A program made the position numbers and the translations under genes. A stretch of DNA of 63,803 nt, the filler included, from Chrysochromulina tobinii (Eukaryota), in NCBI GenBank assembly GCA_001275005.1. It is 7 parts of 7 records of this genome, joined end to end, with 100 filler letters (N's around TTAATTAATTAA, not from the genome) between each part and the next. Parts side by side here need not be neighbours in the genome. Positions count along the whole stretch, not along the records: positions 1 to 7,871 come from JWZX01000071.1; positions 7,972 to 18,551 come from JWZX01000072.1; 5 more parts are not named here. One strand, given 5' to 3'. The notes under the pieces were generated by a model. It searched no databases. It saw only the letters and a program-made list of their open reading frames with translations, and had not been told where the DNA came from. Numbering within the stretch: position 1 is the first letter of the stretch; each line of letters begins with the position of its first letter. Shown here piece by piece: positions 1 through 10,900 of the stretch.

Positions 1-363
1 ATTGTGACGAGCTCTTCTGCATTTATGACTTCCATGATGTTATGGTTCAAATCCATGATTTCTCACTAAGACCCAATTGCTGATGCCCGCCGACGCGTCG
101 CCGCCGCACGCTGCATGACACGCTGGTACGCGCGAGCCGGGCGCCGCCGCGACCGTGTTATTTAAAGCTGCACGGTACCCTGTGGACCGGGCCGCCTCTA
201 CTCACTACTCTATTCCTACACTGCGGAGAAGGGCAGAGGCCCACCCACAGTGCGTCCCAAGCTTCCAATTCGAGAGAGTCTGCGTCGAACCTCGAAGCAA
301 CGACACCCGGGAATCCGATCTCTGACACCCATCATGCGTCACACTAGGCTCACCGGTAGAGGC

Positions 364-1197
364 TCAACGTCTGCGCTTCGCATTGCGTCCGCCGGTCTGC
401 AGATTGACCGTATGCGCAACTTGCTCTCCCGCTGGCGTGAGCTGCAGCACGCTGGCACCGCCTGCGCCCACACGCTGCTCAGTGACCAATTGCTTGCCGA
501 GTAGATCGCGCAGTACGAATTGAAAATCGAGCTGGGATTGCGTGATTACCCTTTTCACAGCTGCGTGGCGCTCGACTGCAAGCCTAGGCGAGCGGTGGAA
601 CTTCTGCTTCCACAGAAATCGCAGGGCCTCCTCGCGGCATCGGAGCTGCATCACCATGAGCCTCCCTGCTTGTGGCAGCGCCCACCCCCACTTGCCTTCG
701 CCCGACTGTGCAGAAGGAGCCTCCTCTGGTCCCTGAGCCTGTGCCAACACAGAGGATGCAGCGGGGGCTAGCCATCCGGCTTGTAATGCCCGAGCCGCCA
801 TGCCTTCGAGCGTGCTGACAGCCATCCCCGTGGACGCAATCAGCTCTTCCATGGCCACTGTGAGGCCTGCACATGAGGCTACGCACACGGCCAACTCGTC
901 GAAACCGGCCTCGCGCAACGCGGCGGCGTAGTGTTCCGTGCGCACTAGAACGTGCTCGGTGCCGCGGGGCGTTGGAATTAGAAGCACGTGCACACGATGC
1001 GCCAGCCGAAGCCGCTCGATCTCCCGATCGACATCAGTGCCATCTTTGACGATAGTGTACAGGTAATGCTGACTTGCAACTGGATTGCGGCCGCAGATGC
1101 GGGAAGCCGGTGGAGCCTGTGCGGCCAGAAGTGCCAAGGCGGCCTCCGTGTCGCTCGGCAACTCGAAGATGTTCGGGTCGTCCGCATCGGACGCCAT
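364..1197 (-). CDS. STK19: STK19-like winged-helix protein (transcription-coupled repair factor)
   Basis: 277-aa ORF. Segments LYTIVKDGTDVDREIERL...VLVRTEHY, WALPQAGRL and FVLRDLLGKQLV..G..LQL resemble the STK19 family pattern (recognised by eye). Confidence 0.8.
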   Translation of the reverse strand: MASDADDPNIFELPSDTEAALALLAAQAPPASRICGRNPVASQHYLYTIVKDGTDVDREIERLRLAHRVHVLLIPTPRGTEHVLVRTEHYAAALREAGFDELAVCVASCAGLTVAMEELIASTGMAVSTLEGMAARALQAGWLAPAASSVLAQAQGPEEAPSAQSGEGKWGWALPQAGRLMVMQLRCREEALRFLWKQKFHRSPRLAVERHAAVKRVITQSQLDFQFVLRDLLGKQLVTEQRVGAGGASVLQLTPAGEQVAHTVNLQTGGRNAKRRR

Positions 1198-1397
1198 GCT
1201 TTACGCCGCGAACTTGCACAATTCGAACACACCTTGAGCGCTGACGAAACTTCGATTGCTCTGGATTTGTGGAGCTCACACAATCGGGGTGTCAAGTTGC
1301 CATCTTCACGTCATGGACGCGGTGGTATGTCCCCCACGCGTCTGTTTGTTGGAGTTTGCCGATCGCGTTGAACGTCGCCCGTCCAACCGAGCGAAAG

Positions 1398-2198
1398 ATG
1401 ACCGTCGACTACATGGCGGGGATTGCCGCCCCGCCTCGCAAGCCACCGAAGATCATGGGCATTGACCACCTACCTGAAGAATTCAAGGAGGGCAAGTTCG
1501 CGTCCGGGAAAGGCGGCGAGTTCCGCGAGGATCCGCAGCGCGCCTACTGGGAACACTTGAAGCAAGAGAGGAGGAAAAATGCCGTCACGGCGAAGAGCCT
1601 CCGTGAGCAGAACATCGAGGCGCTGCGAGATGCTCGCTCCGAAATGGCACGTCTGCTAGGGCAGAAGCTGCAGCCATTCGATGAGTTCACTGTGTTCGGC
1701 CTGCCCAGCAATCATCGCCGCACCGAGAGTGAGATGGCAACAACTAAGGATTGCCTGGACTTTAGCCACGTCGAGCGGCGACCAGGCTGGGGCATCAAGC
1801 CGCTGCCCTCCGCTCGCGCCAACCAGCTGCAGAAGGACATCGTGAATCTCGAAAGGGCGCTCTACCTACCGAAGCGGCCATTGTCAGCCCGCGAAGAACA
1901 TAGGCCAGCCCCGCCTCAGAAGGCGTCCTTGCGCTTGGGATCGGCGAGGCGCCGGCCGGTGACTGACATCCCTGCGTACTGGGCCGCAGGCCTCGAACCG
2001 GAGGCAGCCATGTGGCTCAAACCCGAGGCTCTCAACTTGATGGAGGGGTTCCGCAGGTCCAAGGCAGATGAGCAGATACTGCTGGGTCACCTGAGCCTCA
2101 TGGCACAAAGACTCGCACCTCGACCTGTCTGGAAGATGAAGCGCTTCGATGGGGTGCGCCCGAAGGTGGCCATGGGGTTGCCCGAGCTGATGGATTGA
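1398..2198 (+). CDS. Hypothetical protein
   Basis: Intronless ORF with coding-like codon bias. First ATG is at 1398 (MTVDYMAG). No family recognised. Confidence 0.65.
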   Translation: MTVDYMAGIAAPPRKPPKIMGIDHLPEEFKEGKFASGKGGEFREDPQRAYWEHLKQERRKNAVTAKSLREQNIEALRDARSEMARLLGQKLQPFDEFTVFGLPSNHRRTESEMATTKDCLDFSHVERRPGWGIKPLPSARANQLQKDIVNLERALYLPKRPLSAREEHRPAPPQKASLRLGSARRRPVTDIPAYWAAGLEPEAAMWLKPEALNLMEGFRRSKADEQILLGHLSLMAQRLAPRPVWKMKRFDGVRPKVAMGLPELMD

Positions 2199-3049
2199 CG
2201 ATGTCCACGGATACGAGAAGCTCGAACAGTCAACAGACCCGGGCTTGCGCGCGGCACAACAGAGGGACACATCGAATCAGATGGATGATCGATGAATCGA
2301 CGGAGAGTCGCTGTTGACTCGACGAAGAAACACTTCAATGCGTGATTCAACTACGAATCCAACATACAGTATACATGATGCATGAATGCAATGGAACGAT
2401 CCATCTTGCAGTTGCAGTTCCACATGCAATACCAATAGCTCTAACACATCTGTCGTAACACTCGGCCCGAGTGGACGGCAACCTGCTCGTTGACTGCTAG
2501 TTGACTGCTATCGCGTATCGGTTCGGTTACGGTAGGTACAACAAAATATTTTTAGGAGTCCTCTGAAACAAAACTTGCGTGTGCTCCTACGCCCCGTACC
2601 GGCCTAAGGCGCGAGCCACGGAGGCCCGTGAGCCGGTGAGCGCGCCGGCCGGCGGGCGGAGCGACGAGCGTGGAACTGGAAGCCGTGGACGGGAGCGTCG
2701 AGAACGACTGAACCGCGAGAACGGAACCGGACGGAAGTACAGTTCTCAGTTGCTACAGATAATCCGATCGCGCCCGCTAACACCAAACACGCCGCGAATC
2801 CCGGACGGCGGGACCGCGCGGGCGCGCGCACGAAGCTCGATCGACGATCGAGCCGGAGCACGTCGGGGTGGGCGCGGGCGTCGTAGTGGTAGTCGGTTCC
2901 GGCGCAATACACCAAAAAGTGATATCAGTTATCACGCGCATGCATTCGTGCGAACAATGTAAAAATGATGCAGAACACAGACACGTTTCCCGCCCACCGC
3001 CGCCTCGGACTCGGTCATGGCCTACTACATGGGCCCACAGCGTCAAGAG

Positions 3050-6000
3050 CTAGAGCGCAGGAAGCATCGACCGAGCTGCAGCTTCGCGCGCGAGGGCAGT
3101 GAGCGCGGCGGCGATGGCCGCCGCGGAGCGTTGCTGTCCCGGCTGCCACGCGCTGGGAGCGAGCACCTCATCCTCGGGCACCCCGATACGCAAGCAGGCA
3201 TTCGTGAACGCGGCGAGCTTGTCTGCGGCCGAAGCGCCCGCGAGCGGTGCGGCGACGCCAGGCACTGCTCGGACGGCGAGCGCCAGCAGCGCCTCGCCGT
3301 CCTCGAGAAGGGTTGGTAGGTCGCCCGGCGGCAGCTCGTAGCCGAGGCAGCGTTGCACCCACGTGCGCAGCGACGCAAGCTGCAGCACGAGCGTGGCACT
3401 GCGTCGCTCGGGTGCGGTAGGTCGCACCGAGGCCTCGCCCACTGGACATGCGAACGCGTCGGAGGCTGGCTGCGTGCGAGGCGTCGTTGGCGGCGCCGTG
3501 CCGCCAGCGTCGCGTCGGCCAGAGGCGCCCTGCGAGGCTGGCGTGCCAAGGTGCACAGACGGCGAAGCACCACGGCCGCGGCTCGCGCCAACGGCTCCGC
3601 CGCCCACGATCGTCGCGGGAGTGTAACCACCGACCATCGGCGCGCGCGTCGCTGGTGGTGGACGAACGGGTGCAGCGCGGTTAGGACGGTTGGGGGGTGC
3701 CGCGGCGCCAGTGGCGCTTCGGCCGCTTCCGAGCGGCGTGGGCCGCGCTGGCGGAACGCGGGCACCTCCCTCGGAAGCTCGCTTCGTGAGCTGCGCCGAA
3801 GCAGCCTGGTGGGCGGCGGCCGTGTCCGGTTGCGTGGTGGGTGGCGCCCAGACCGCCGCAGATTCCACAGACGGTGCAGTCGTGCGGCGGGGCTGCAGGT
3901 CGAACAAGACGGGCGGCTGCAGCGCCGGCGATGCGGGCGGGGCCGACGGCGGCGGAGGCGGCGGAGCGAAGCCCGTCGAGCCACCCTCAACCCAAATTTG
4001 GGTCGGTGGAGCGCCAACCGCACCGGCATACTCGTTGAGAGCGGCTGTAGCGTCCGCGGCGAGCTCACCGCTGAGGGCGCTCGCGCCGGCGGCGCCGCCT
4101 GCGAGCGCCTGCTGACTCATCTTGAGCCGTAGCCGCTCGAGGAGCGATTGCATGCGCGCATTGGCCTGGCGCATCTGCTCACGTTCGTGGCGCATGCGGG
4201 CCGCTTCCTCCTGGTGCGCCGCGAGCGCCGCGGTCGCGCGCGCCGCCTCGGCGCGTGCGGCCGCCTCGGACTGCTCGCGCTGGCGCAGCGCCTCGGTGAG
4301 GGTCGATGTCTCGATCGACCGTTGTTCGAGGCCTGCCTCGAGGGCGTCTCGCTCCGCCTTGAGCGCCTCAAGCTCCGAGCGCCCCTCCTTTTTCGCATCG
4401 AGCAGCGCGTGCTTGAGAGAGCGCAGCTCCGCCTGGGCACGCTCGCGATCGGCCTTGGCCTGGCTGGTCACCACACGCTGCTCCGCGAGGGCCTGGCCCA
4501 CCTCCTCCTCCTTCTTCAGCCGCTGCTTGAGGCTCGCCTCTGCCGCCTTGAGCTTCGTCACCTCGGCCTCGCGCGCCGCCTTGAGCGCGAGTGCCGAGTC
4601 GCGTGACTGGCCCAAGTGGGAGAGCTCATATTGCAACGCATCCACTTCGGCCACGAGCGCGCGCGCGCGCGCCTCGGCCTCGAGCCGTGCGATCGTCTCG
4701 TCATGCAGCGCCTTGGCGTTCTGATCGCTCTTCTTCCCGATCTGGATCTGCGAGGTCTCGAGAGTCGCCCACCCCTCCGAGAGGCTGCCGAGCAGCTGCG
4801 AGAACTCGTCTCGGCTGCGGCGCAGCTCGCCCATCGCGGCGCGCAGCAGCCGGAGCAGCGGCAGCGCGATCGCCTGCTGCTGCGCCTGCGAGCCGAGGTG
4901 CGCCGAGTGCGCGCCGCCGCCGCCGCCGCTGCCGCTGCCGAAAAAGGACGCCTTCGTGATCGCCTCGGCCGCCTCCGCGGCCGCGGCTTCTGCCATCCAG
5001 ACGCACACGGTGCCATCGGCGCACGCGCCCCACACCTGGCTGGCCGCCGCCGGGCGCAGCGCGAGCAGTGGCGCGCACGGCAGCCGGCGCGTGCATGCAT
5101 ACGTCCAACTGAGCTCCGCCGAGGCTGTGGCAGGTGAGCTCTCGCGTTCCCACAGCGCGACGCCGCCCAACTCGCCGCTACCGGTCCAGAGCTGCCGGCC
5201 GCGGCCGACGATGTGGACGCAGCTGATCGTGTCCATCGCCGCCGCGGCGCACGCGAGGCGCGCGCGCAGCCGCGCGTTGCCGTCGAGCACGAGCACGCCG
5301 TCGCGCCCCGCCGTCGCGCATACGAGGGTGCCGTCGACCGAGGCAGCGAGCTCGCTCACGTCCGCGTTGAGCTCGATCGTCTGCGGCGGTGGCGGCGCGC
5401 GCGCGGCGGCCCCGCCGTCCTTGGCGCCCGCCGGCGGCCGCTTCGGCTCCCACACACACAGCGTCTGGTCGGCATCCACGCTCCAGACGCGGCAGCGCTC
5501 GCGCTGGCTGTCGCCGGCGCCGTCAGGCGCCCACACAGGCAGCATCGCGCGAAGGGCGGTGCCGCCGCCCGGGATGGAACGCAGGCACTCGGCAGTGCGC
5601 GCATCCCACAGGCGCATCGCGCCATCCTCGCCGCCCGACAGCACGATCGACGCGCCCACCGCCGGCGTCGACGGCGGCGCGCCGGGCGAGCACAGGCACG
5701 CGATCGCTCCGCGGTGGCCGCCAAGCGTCGTGCGCAGGCCGAGGTCACCGCCCCCGAGCACGGCGATGCGCCCATCCGCCATCCCAGCCCACACGATGAG
5801 ATCGCAACCGAATCCCTCTGCCGAACCCTTGCCTTTCGGCGCGGGCCCGCCTCGCAGCGGGTTGGCCGGCCGCACAGTCTCGACGACCGTTAGGCACATG
5901 ATCTTGGACTCGAGGTTCGTCGCGCCAAGCAGCGTCCCGTTGGACGTACTCCACGCGTTGATGCGGCCGTCGGCCGTACCATCGCCGTCGCCGCCGCAGA

Positions 6001-6217
6001 AGACGCGACCCGCCGCTCTAGCTGTCAGCACAGCCGAGCGGTGGTGCCGCTGCGGCCGTGATGCAAGGCAGCGCAACCGGACGAGCTTCGGGTCGCTGAG
6101 GCCCGCCGTGAGGCGCGGGTCAAAGAGGCGCAGCAGCGGCTTGTTGGCCGACGAGAGTAGCCGCCCGGAGGGTGTTGCTCCGGGCGGCTGAAAGGCTCGC
6201 GCATCAGCACGCGACAT
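3050..6217 (-). CDS. WD40-repeat / coiled-coil / Pro-Ala-rich / C-terminal calponin-homology domain protein
   Basis: 1055 aa. WD repeats (GHRGAI...SGGEDGAMRLWD), a long heptad region, and a CH-like C-terminus (LRTWVQRCLG...LEDGEALLAL...FTNACLRIGVP). Confidence 0.8.
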   Translation of the reverse strand: MSRADARAFQPPGATPSGRLLSSANKPLLRLFDPRLTAGLSDPKLVRLRCLASRPQRHHRSAVLTARAAGRVFCGGDGDGTADGRINAWSTSNGTLLGATNLESKIMCLTVVETVRPANPLRGGPAPKGKGSAEGFGCDLIVWAGMADGRIAVLGGGDLGLRTTLGGHRGAIACLCSPGAPPSTPAVGASIVLSGGEDGAMRLWDARTAECLRSIPGGGTALRAMLPVWAPDGAGDSQRERCRVWSVDADQTLCVWEPKRPPAGAKDGGAAARAPPPPQTIELNADVSELAASVDGTLVCATAGRDGVLVLDGNARLRARLACAAAAMDTISCVHIVGRGRQLWTGSGELGGVALWERESSPATASAELSWTYACTRRLPCAPLLALRPAAASQVWGACADGTVCVWMAEAAAAEAAEAITKASFFGSGSGGGGGAHSAHLGSQAQQQAIALPLLRLLRAAMGELRRSRDEFSQLLGSLSEGWATLETSQIQIGKKSDQNAKALHDETIARLEAEARARALVAEVDALQYELSHLGQSRDSALALKAAREAEVTKLKAAEASLKQRLKKEEEVGQALAEQRVVTSQAKADRERAQAELRSLKHALLDAKKEGRSELEALKAERDALEAGLEQRSIETSTLTEALRQREQSEAAARAEAARATAALAAHQEEAARMRHEREQMRQANARMQSLLERLRLKMSQQALAGGAAGASALSGELAADATAALNEYAGAVGAPPTQIWVEGGSTGFAPPPPPPSAPPASPALQPPVLFDLQPRRTTAPSVESAAVWAPPTTQPDTAAAHQAASAQLTKRASEGGARVPPARPTPLGSGRSATGAAAPPNRPNRAAPVRPPPATRAPMVGGYTPATIVGGGAVGASRGRGASPSVHLGTPASQGASGRRDAGGTAPPTTPRTQPASDAFACPVGEASVRPTAPERRSATLVLQLASLRTWVQRCLGYELPPGDLPTLLEDGEALLALAVRAVPGVAAPLAGASAADKLAAFTNACLRIGVPEDEVLAPSAWQPGQQRSAAAIAAALTALAREAAARSMLPAL

Positions 6218-6368
6218 AAAACAGAGCCGGTAGCGCGAAAGTCCTGTGAACTATTGCGAAAGCGTCGGGCTCTCTGCTGTCCGCAGAGATTGATGAATCT
6301 TTGTGGGGCGGAGCTCGTTCGGTGGCCTAAGTTCATAGCCCCGCAATTTCGCACCCGCTTCGTCGTCA

Positions 6369-6995
6369 ATGTTCAGGGTCGCGCGAAGAGCGATCTCGAT
6401 CGCGCCGACGACGTCGGCCACACGATGCGTACGCGGCGCTCGCCGACCGCCGGGTTTGCTCGCGCGCACACTCTCGTCCAAGCCTCCCAAACCAGCCGCT
6501 GGCGGCAAATCGTCACCTGGGAGGGACGAAGAGTGGCTCCACTCCGAGGAGCGGTCGGTGGCGCTTTCGAGGTCAGAGCGCATGATCATGGGCATCGCCG
6601 TCGTGAGCTGCACGTTGGCCATTGCCATGTTCACATCGACAAAGTGGGAGGTCGAGCGTCGCGTGCGTGAGCAGCTGTCCGAGGAGGACCAGAAGCGCTG
6701 GTATGCTGGCACGTACGTTGACACAAAGAAGCTGATGGAGGAATTGCGACAGAAGGAATGCGATGGCTTCGAGGCGGCTGACGCGTTCACGGGGTCTCGC
6801 AAAGGCATGGTTTTCAAGTCCGGCCCGGTGCGCGTTCGATGCCCACATCCTTGCACATGACTGAGCACGTCCGTGATGCAGGATGCTTTGCTGTCGGCCC
6901 AGCAGCCCTCATGTGTACTTGTTCGCGTCGCGTTGGGCGCACAGATGGGGCTTGGCTACTACCCTGACGTTATGCGCGACCTGATGGCGCCATGA
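6369..6995 (+). CDS. Small single-TM protein with mitochondrial-like presequence; exons 6369-6827, 6945-6995
   Basis: Arg/Ser-rich N-terminus and one TM helix. GT-AG intron 6828-6944 joins FTGSRKGMVFKSGP to MGLGYYPD, completing an F-x-G-x3-G-x-V-F-K-x-G-x2-G-L-G-Y-Y motif. Confidence 0.7.
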
Positions 6996-7871
6996 GCTTT
7001 TCTACCGGTCACTCGCTCCTCTTCGATCATGTCCGAGCGCTCTTCCAGGCCAGTGCGACGTACGAGAAGAACAGAAGCAATACATCACTGATGCTGTTGG
7101 ATTCGAGCCTCAGTGAGTTTTGTTCTTGGATGTACGGTGCGGCGCGGAATACGTGTAGTGATGGGTACAGGTACTCGATGGTGACCACTGGCCGCGAGCT
7201 CTTGTGCTGCACACGCGACCACGCAGGCGGCACCCACGTAAGCAGCCTTTTGGCTTTTCCCCCTCATACGACCGAACTCAATAATCTTGGTGTCTTGGAG
7301 TGCACCTATTCGCGTCAGCGCACCGACCCGCGGCGGCGGCGGAAAGGGGGGGGCGCGATGTAGTATAAGCACCCTCGGTCCGAGATCACCGACCACACCC
7401 GACCTCGGCGCGGGCCGATGTCGCTAAATTCGATTCCGAGTTAGGAGTTACGCATCCGATCATGGTATAGTGGACACCGGTCACCGCCGTTTCCCACACA
7501 CACACGGGGACAGAGACACCAGCCGCGTACAGCCGCGCAGCTGTAGGAAGCCGAGACGTGAGAGAGATTTTTCATGGTCCACGATGCTCTGTCATGTTAT
7601 TGGCTCATGCTCTCATGCGCAGTCGTCATCTGCACCAGCTGGGCCAGCGTCGGCGAGCGGCCGCCACCCTTGCTCCACGGCACAGATGCAGGTATAGGCT
7701 CCCGGGGGCCCCCATGGTACGGCGCCATCCGCGCAACGTCTTCCCTTCCCATTCAGACCGGACCTGCGCCGCCACGCGAGGACGACACGCGCACGAGCGG
7801 GCGTGAGAGTCGGCAGCGCGGGCTCGCCACGCCGGCGCCGGGCTGCACGCAGGGCGCGGGCCGCACGCGTG

Positions 7872-7971
7872 NNNNNNNNNNNNNNNNNNNNNNNNNNNNN
7901 NNNNNNNNNNNNNNNTTAATTAATTAANNNNNNNNNNNNNNNNNNNNNNNNNNNNNNNNNNNNNNNNNNNN
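7872..7971. other. Assembly spacer (N-run, TTAATTAATTAA, N-run); same spacer at 18552-18651, 26497-26596, 34552-34651, 55974-56073, 59178-59277
   Basis: Identical 100-nt linker carrying stop codons in all six frames. Confidence 0.99.
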
Positions 7972-10900
7972 CCTCGACCTGCACCTGCGTCTTGTCATCG
8001 CTCAATTTCGTCACCTTCCCAATGTCGGAGGCAGACTCAAACGGCGCGAGCACCGTTGGCGCCTTCTCGCCCTGAGGCTTGTCCGAGAGCATGACCTTGT
8101 CGCCGACCTTGATCGACTTGGCCTTATGCGCCTCCTCCCACTTGGTAAGAGACAGGCACAGGCTCTCAACCTCTCCGTCTCCCGCGCAATTCTCGAGCGC
8201 GACCGCGAGAACACCGCCCGCCGCGGCGCGAACCGTCGTCGGACGCGTCTCGTCGATCGAGATCGCGTAGATCGGTCCTGATGAAGGAGACCATCAGGAT
8301 ATTATGATACTACGTACTATGCCATCAGAGGTAATCAATAGGCCATCAATAGGCCATCAATAGGCCATCAATAGGCCATCAAGGGGCCATCAATAGGTCA
8401 TCAGCACACCGTACACCTCCGGGTCGAAGGCGAGCTCCGCGCGTAATCAAAGGTCATCAGAGGTCATCAAGAGCCCATCAGCGCACCGTACACCTCCGGA
8501 TCGAAGGCGAGCTCCGCCCGATGCTTCTCAAAATGGCCGAGCGTCCTCGCGAGCAGCACGAGCGCCAGCTTGCACACGGGCTCATCGTCGAGCGCCGCCG
8601 CGTCGCAAAAGTGCTTCACGATGCTCCCGTTCTCCTTCATCCGGTTGAGGACCACCGCGCCCGCCGTCTCGCCGCTCGCCGTCGCTGCTGCCGCGGCGGC
8701 GGTGTCGCCCGTCGACTCCGGTTCGTCATCCGTATTAGGCAAGCCCATGCCTGTGCCTTCGGCCTCGGTGACCGTGTTGAGCACGTCGAGCAGCTGGAGC
8801 AGATGGGCATGTCGCGCCGGCGGCGTCGCCGGATCACCCTGTTTGGCTTTGAGGTACTCGGCATTGCGCTTGGTCGCCTGCTCCACCTGATTAGGGAGGT
8901 AATCAGTCGCGCTCAGCTCGCAATCAGGAGACCATCAAGAGGCGACGGCGCACGATCGCCTGCTCCACCTGATGAGCTAGGCAATCATCGTAATCTGAGG
9001 CAACCATCGTCATCAGAGGCAATGCACCTCGCTTGGCAGCCACTTGGCCACGTTGTCGCAGAGCGCTTGCACCGGGGCCATGCCACCCAGCGTCATCGCC
9101 TTGATCAGGTCGAGCACCACATCGCGTAGCGCCGCCTCGAGCGCCTCCATATTCTTGTCGCGTAGGGGCTCGTCCGTCGCCGCGAGGAGGAGCATCACGA
9201 TGTCGGAGACGACCTCTTGCTCGAGGAAGGCGCCAAGGGCGGTCGCCTGCTCGGCCGTGGCGGCGGCGTCGAGTTGGGCGGCCTGTTTCTTGTCGATGCG
9301 TGCGGCGAGCGCATGCACAAGAGTACCGGCCTCGACGAGGTACCTGAATGAGGGAGGCAATCCGAGGTCATCAGAGACCATCCGAGGCAATTAGAGGTCA
9401 TCCGAGGCCATCGAGGCCATCCGAGGTCATCCGAGGCAATGGAGGCCATCAGAGGCCACATTGAAGGCCATTAAGAGGGGATTGGAGGCCATCAGAGGTC
9501 ATTAGAGGTCATGAAGAGGCCATCAGAGGCCATTAAGAGGGCATGAAGAGGGGATTGGAGGTGATTGGAGGCCAGCCGACGTACTGGAGGGTGGCTGGCG
9601 AGAGCTTCTTCGTGCCCAGCATCGCCTTCGACTGCAGCGAGCTCGAGAGCGAGGAGGTGCACTGTGGATCGATCTGCAGGGGCGGCCGCAGCGAGGGCGA
9701 TGCGCGCAGCATCTTAGCGAGCGTTCCGAAGAGACCAGTGAGGTTCCACTTGGGGAGCAGCTCGCAGAGAGGGTCCTTATTCCCTGGATCGAGCGCTTGG
9801 CTCATATCGGCCCGTGAGCGTTGCACGCTGCTCTCGCCCCACGTGATGGCGAGCGACAGCACTGGGCCCATCGATTTGGCAGCTCGAAAATCGATGCTCG
9901 TCGAGATCATCGAGATCGTCGCGTCGGCGGTGTCGCCGCCGCCGTCGGTGCCGCTCTCGGCGAGGGCACGGCAGATGCGCTCGCCCGCGCTGAAAACCTG
10001 CAGCACGCTCATGCCGCGCATGAAGATGTCGGTGAGCGTCTCGGCACGCGCCTTTTCGACCCCCTCAAACGGCGGCTCCGTCAGCAACGAGCGATCCGAG
10101 TTCTTCTTCTTCAGCTCATTCTCAATCTTGCGAGCACGTATCGTGCTGAGCAGCGCCGCGCGCTCGTCAAAGAGGACCTCGAAGCTCTGGCGCGCGCCCT
10201 CCATGGCCTCCATCAGCTGCTGTATCAGCGTCGCTCCCTCCGCCGAGCGCAAGAAGCGTCCCCACAGCTCGCACACCGAGTCCAGCGTGCTCACGTAGCT
10301 CGCAAGCGTCGCGAGTGCCGTGACTGCATGCAGCTGCACCCGCTCCGTGCGCATCGGATGGGAGAGCACCCACGAGATGACGCGCAGCGACGGCACGAGG
10401 GTTTCGTCATTGGGCGAGTCATCGGCGTGGAACACGGACTCCATCAGCGCACTCGCTGCCGACAGAGCGAGCTCAAGGACCTGCTGCCGTGGCTCCGAGT
10501 GATTGGCACCGGTGGTCGTGCCTGAGCACACAGTGGCACCGGCAGTCGGCGATCAGGGTCAATCAAGCGACGCACCCGAGATCTCTTTGAGCCACGCAAT
10601 CAATGGCAATCAATGGCAATCAATGGCAATCATTTCCAATCCATGGCAATCAAGGACAATCAAGGCTGATTAATGGACGGCGGCGCACCCGAGATCTCTT
10701 TGAGCCACGCCGAGAGACGATTGAAGACGTCACTCTGTCGCACCAGCGAGCGGCCTTGCTTGTACCCTCCCTTCTTAACGCCTCCGGGCAGCGCCTCCTT
10801 TCTGAGTGCCTCCGACGCACTGACCATCCCGGCCAGTGCATCCACGAAGCGCGGCGCCGTGACATCGGCAGCGTGCGCCATCGAGGCGACAGTGTGGTTG

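Noticed and set aside
3043..6191. Many long overlapping or antisense ORFs (here and across the window)
   Set aside because: Expected shadow ORFs in high-GC coding DNA. They are Arg/Ala/Pro-rich with no motifs.
6828..6944. Introns 6828-6944, 36058-36137, 36252-36352, 37959-38049, 38223-38329, 39785-39906 and 55523-55758 as members of the new family
   Set aside because: No cassette, no exon duplication and no TGAT repeats. They look like ordinary introns and serve as an internal control.
7400..7445. TTCGATTCC tRNA T-loop-like word
   Set aside because: No cloverleaf or D-arm can be built.
6992..7871. Short ORFs after the small TM gene
   Set aside because: No recognisable motifs or coding signal, so not called.
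7916..7927. Recurring TTAATTAATTAA palindrome
   Set aside because: Artificial scaffold linker embedded in N runs. ORFs ending in LIN are artefacts.
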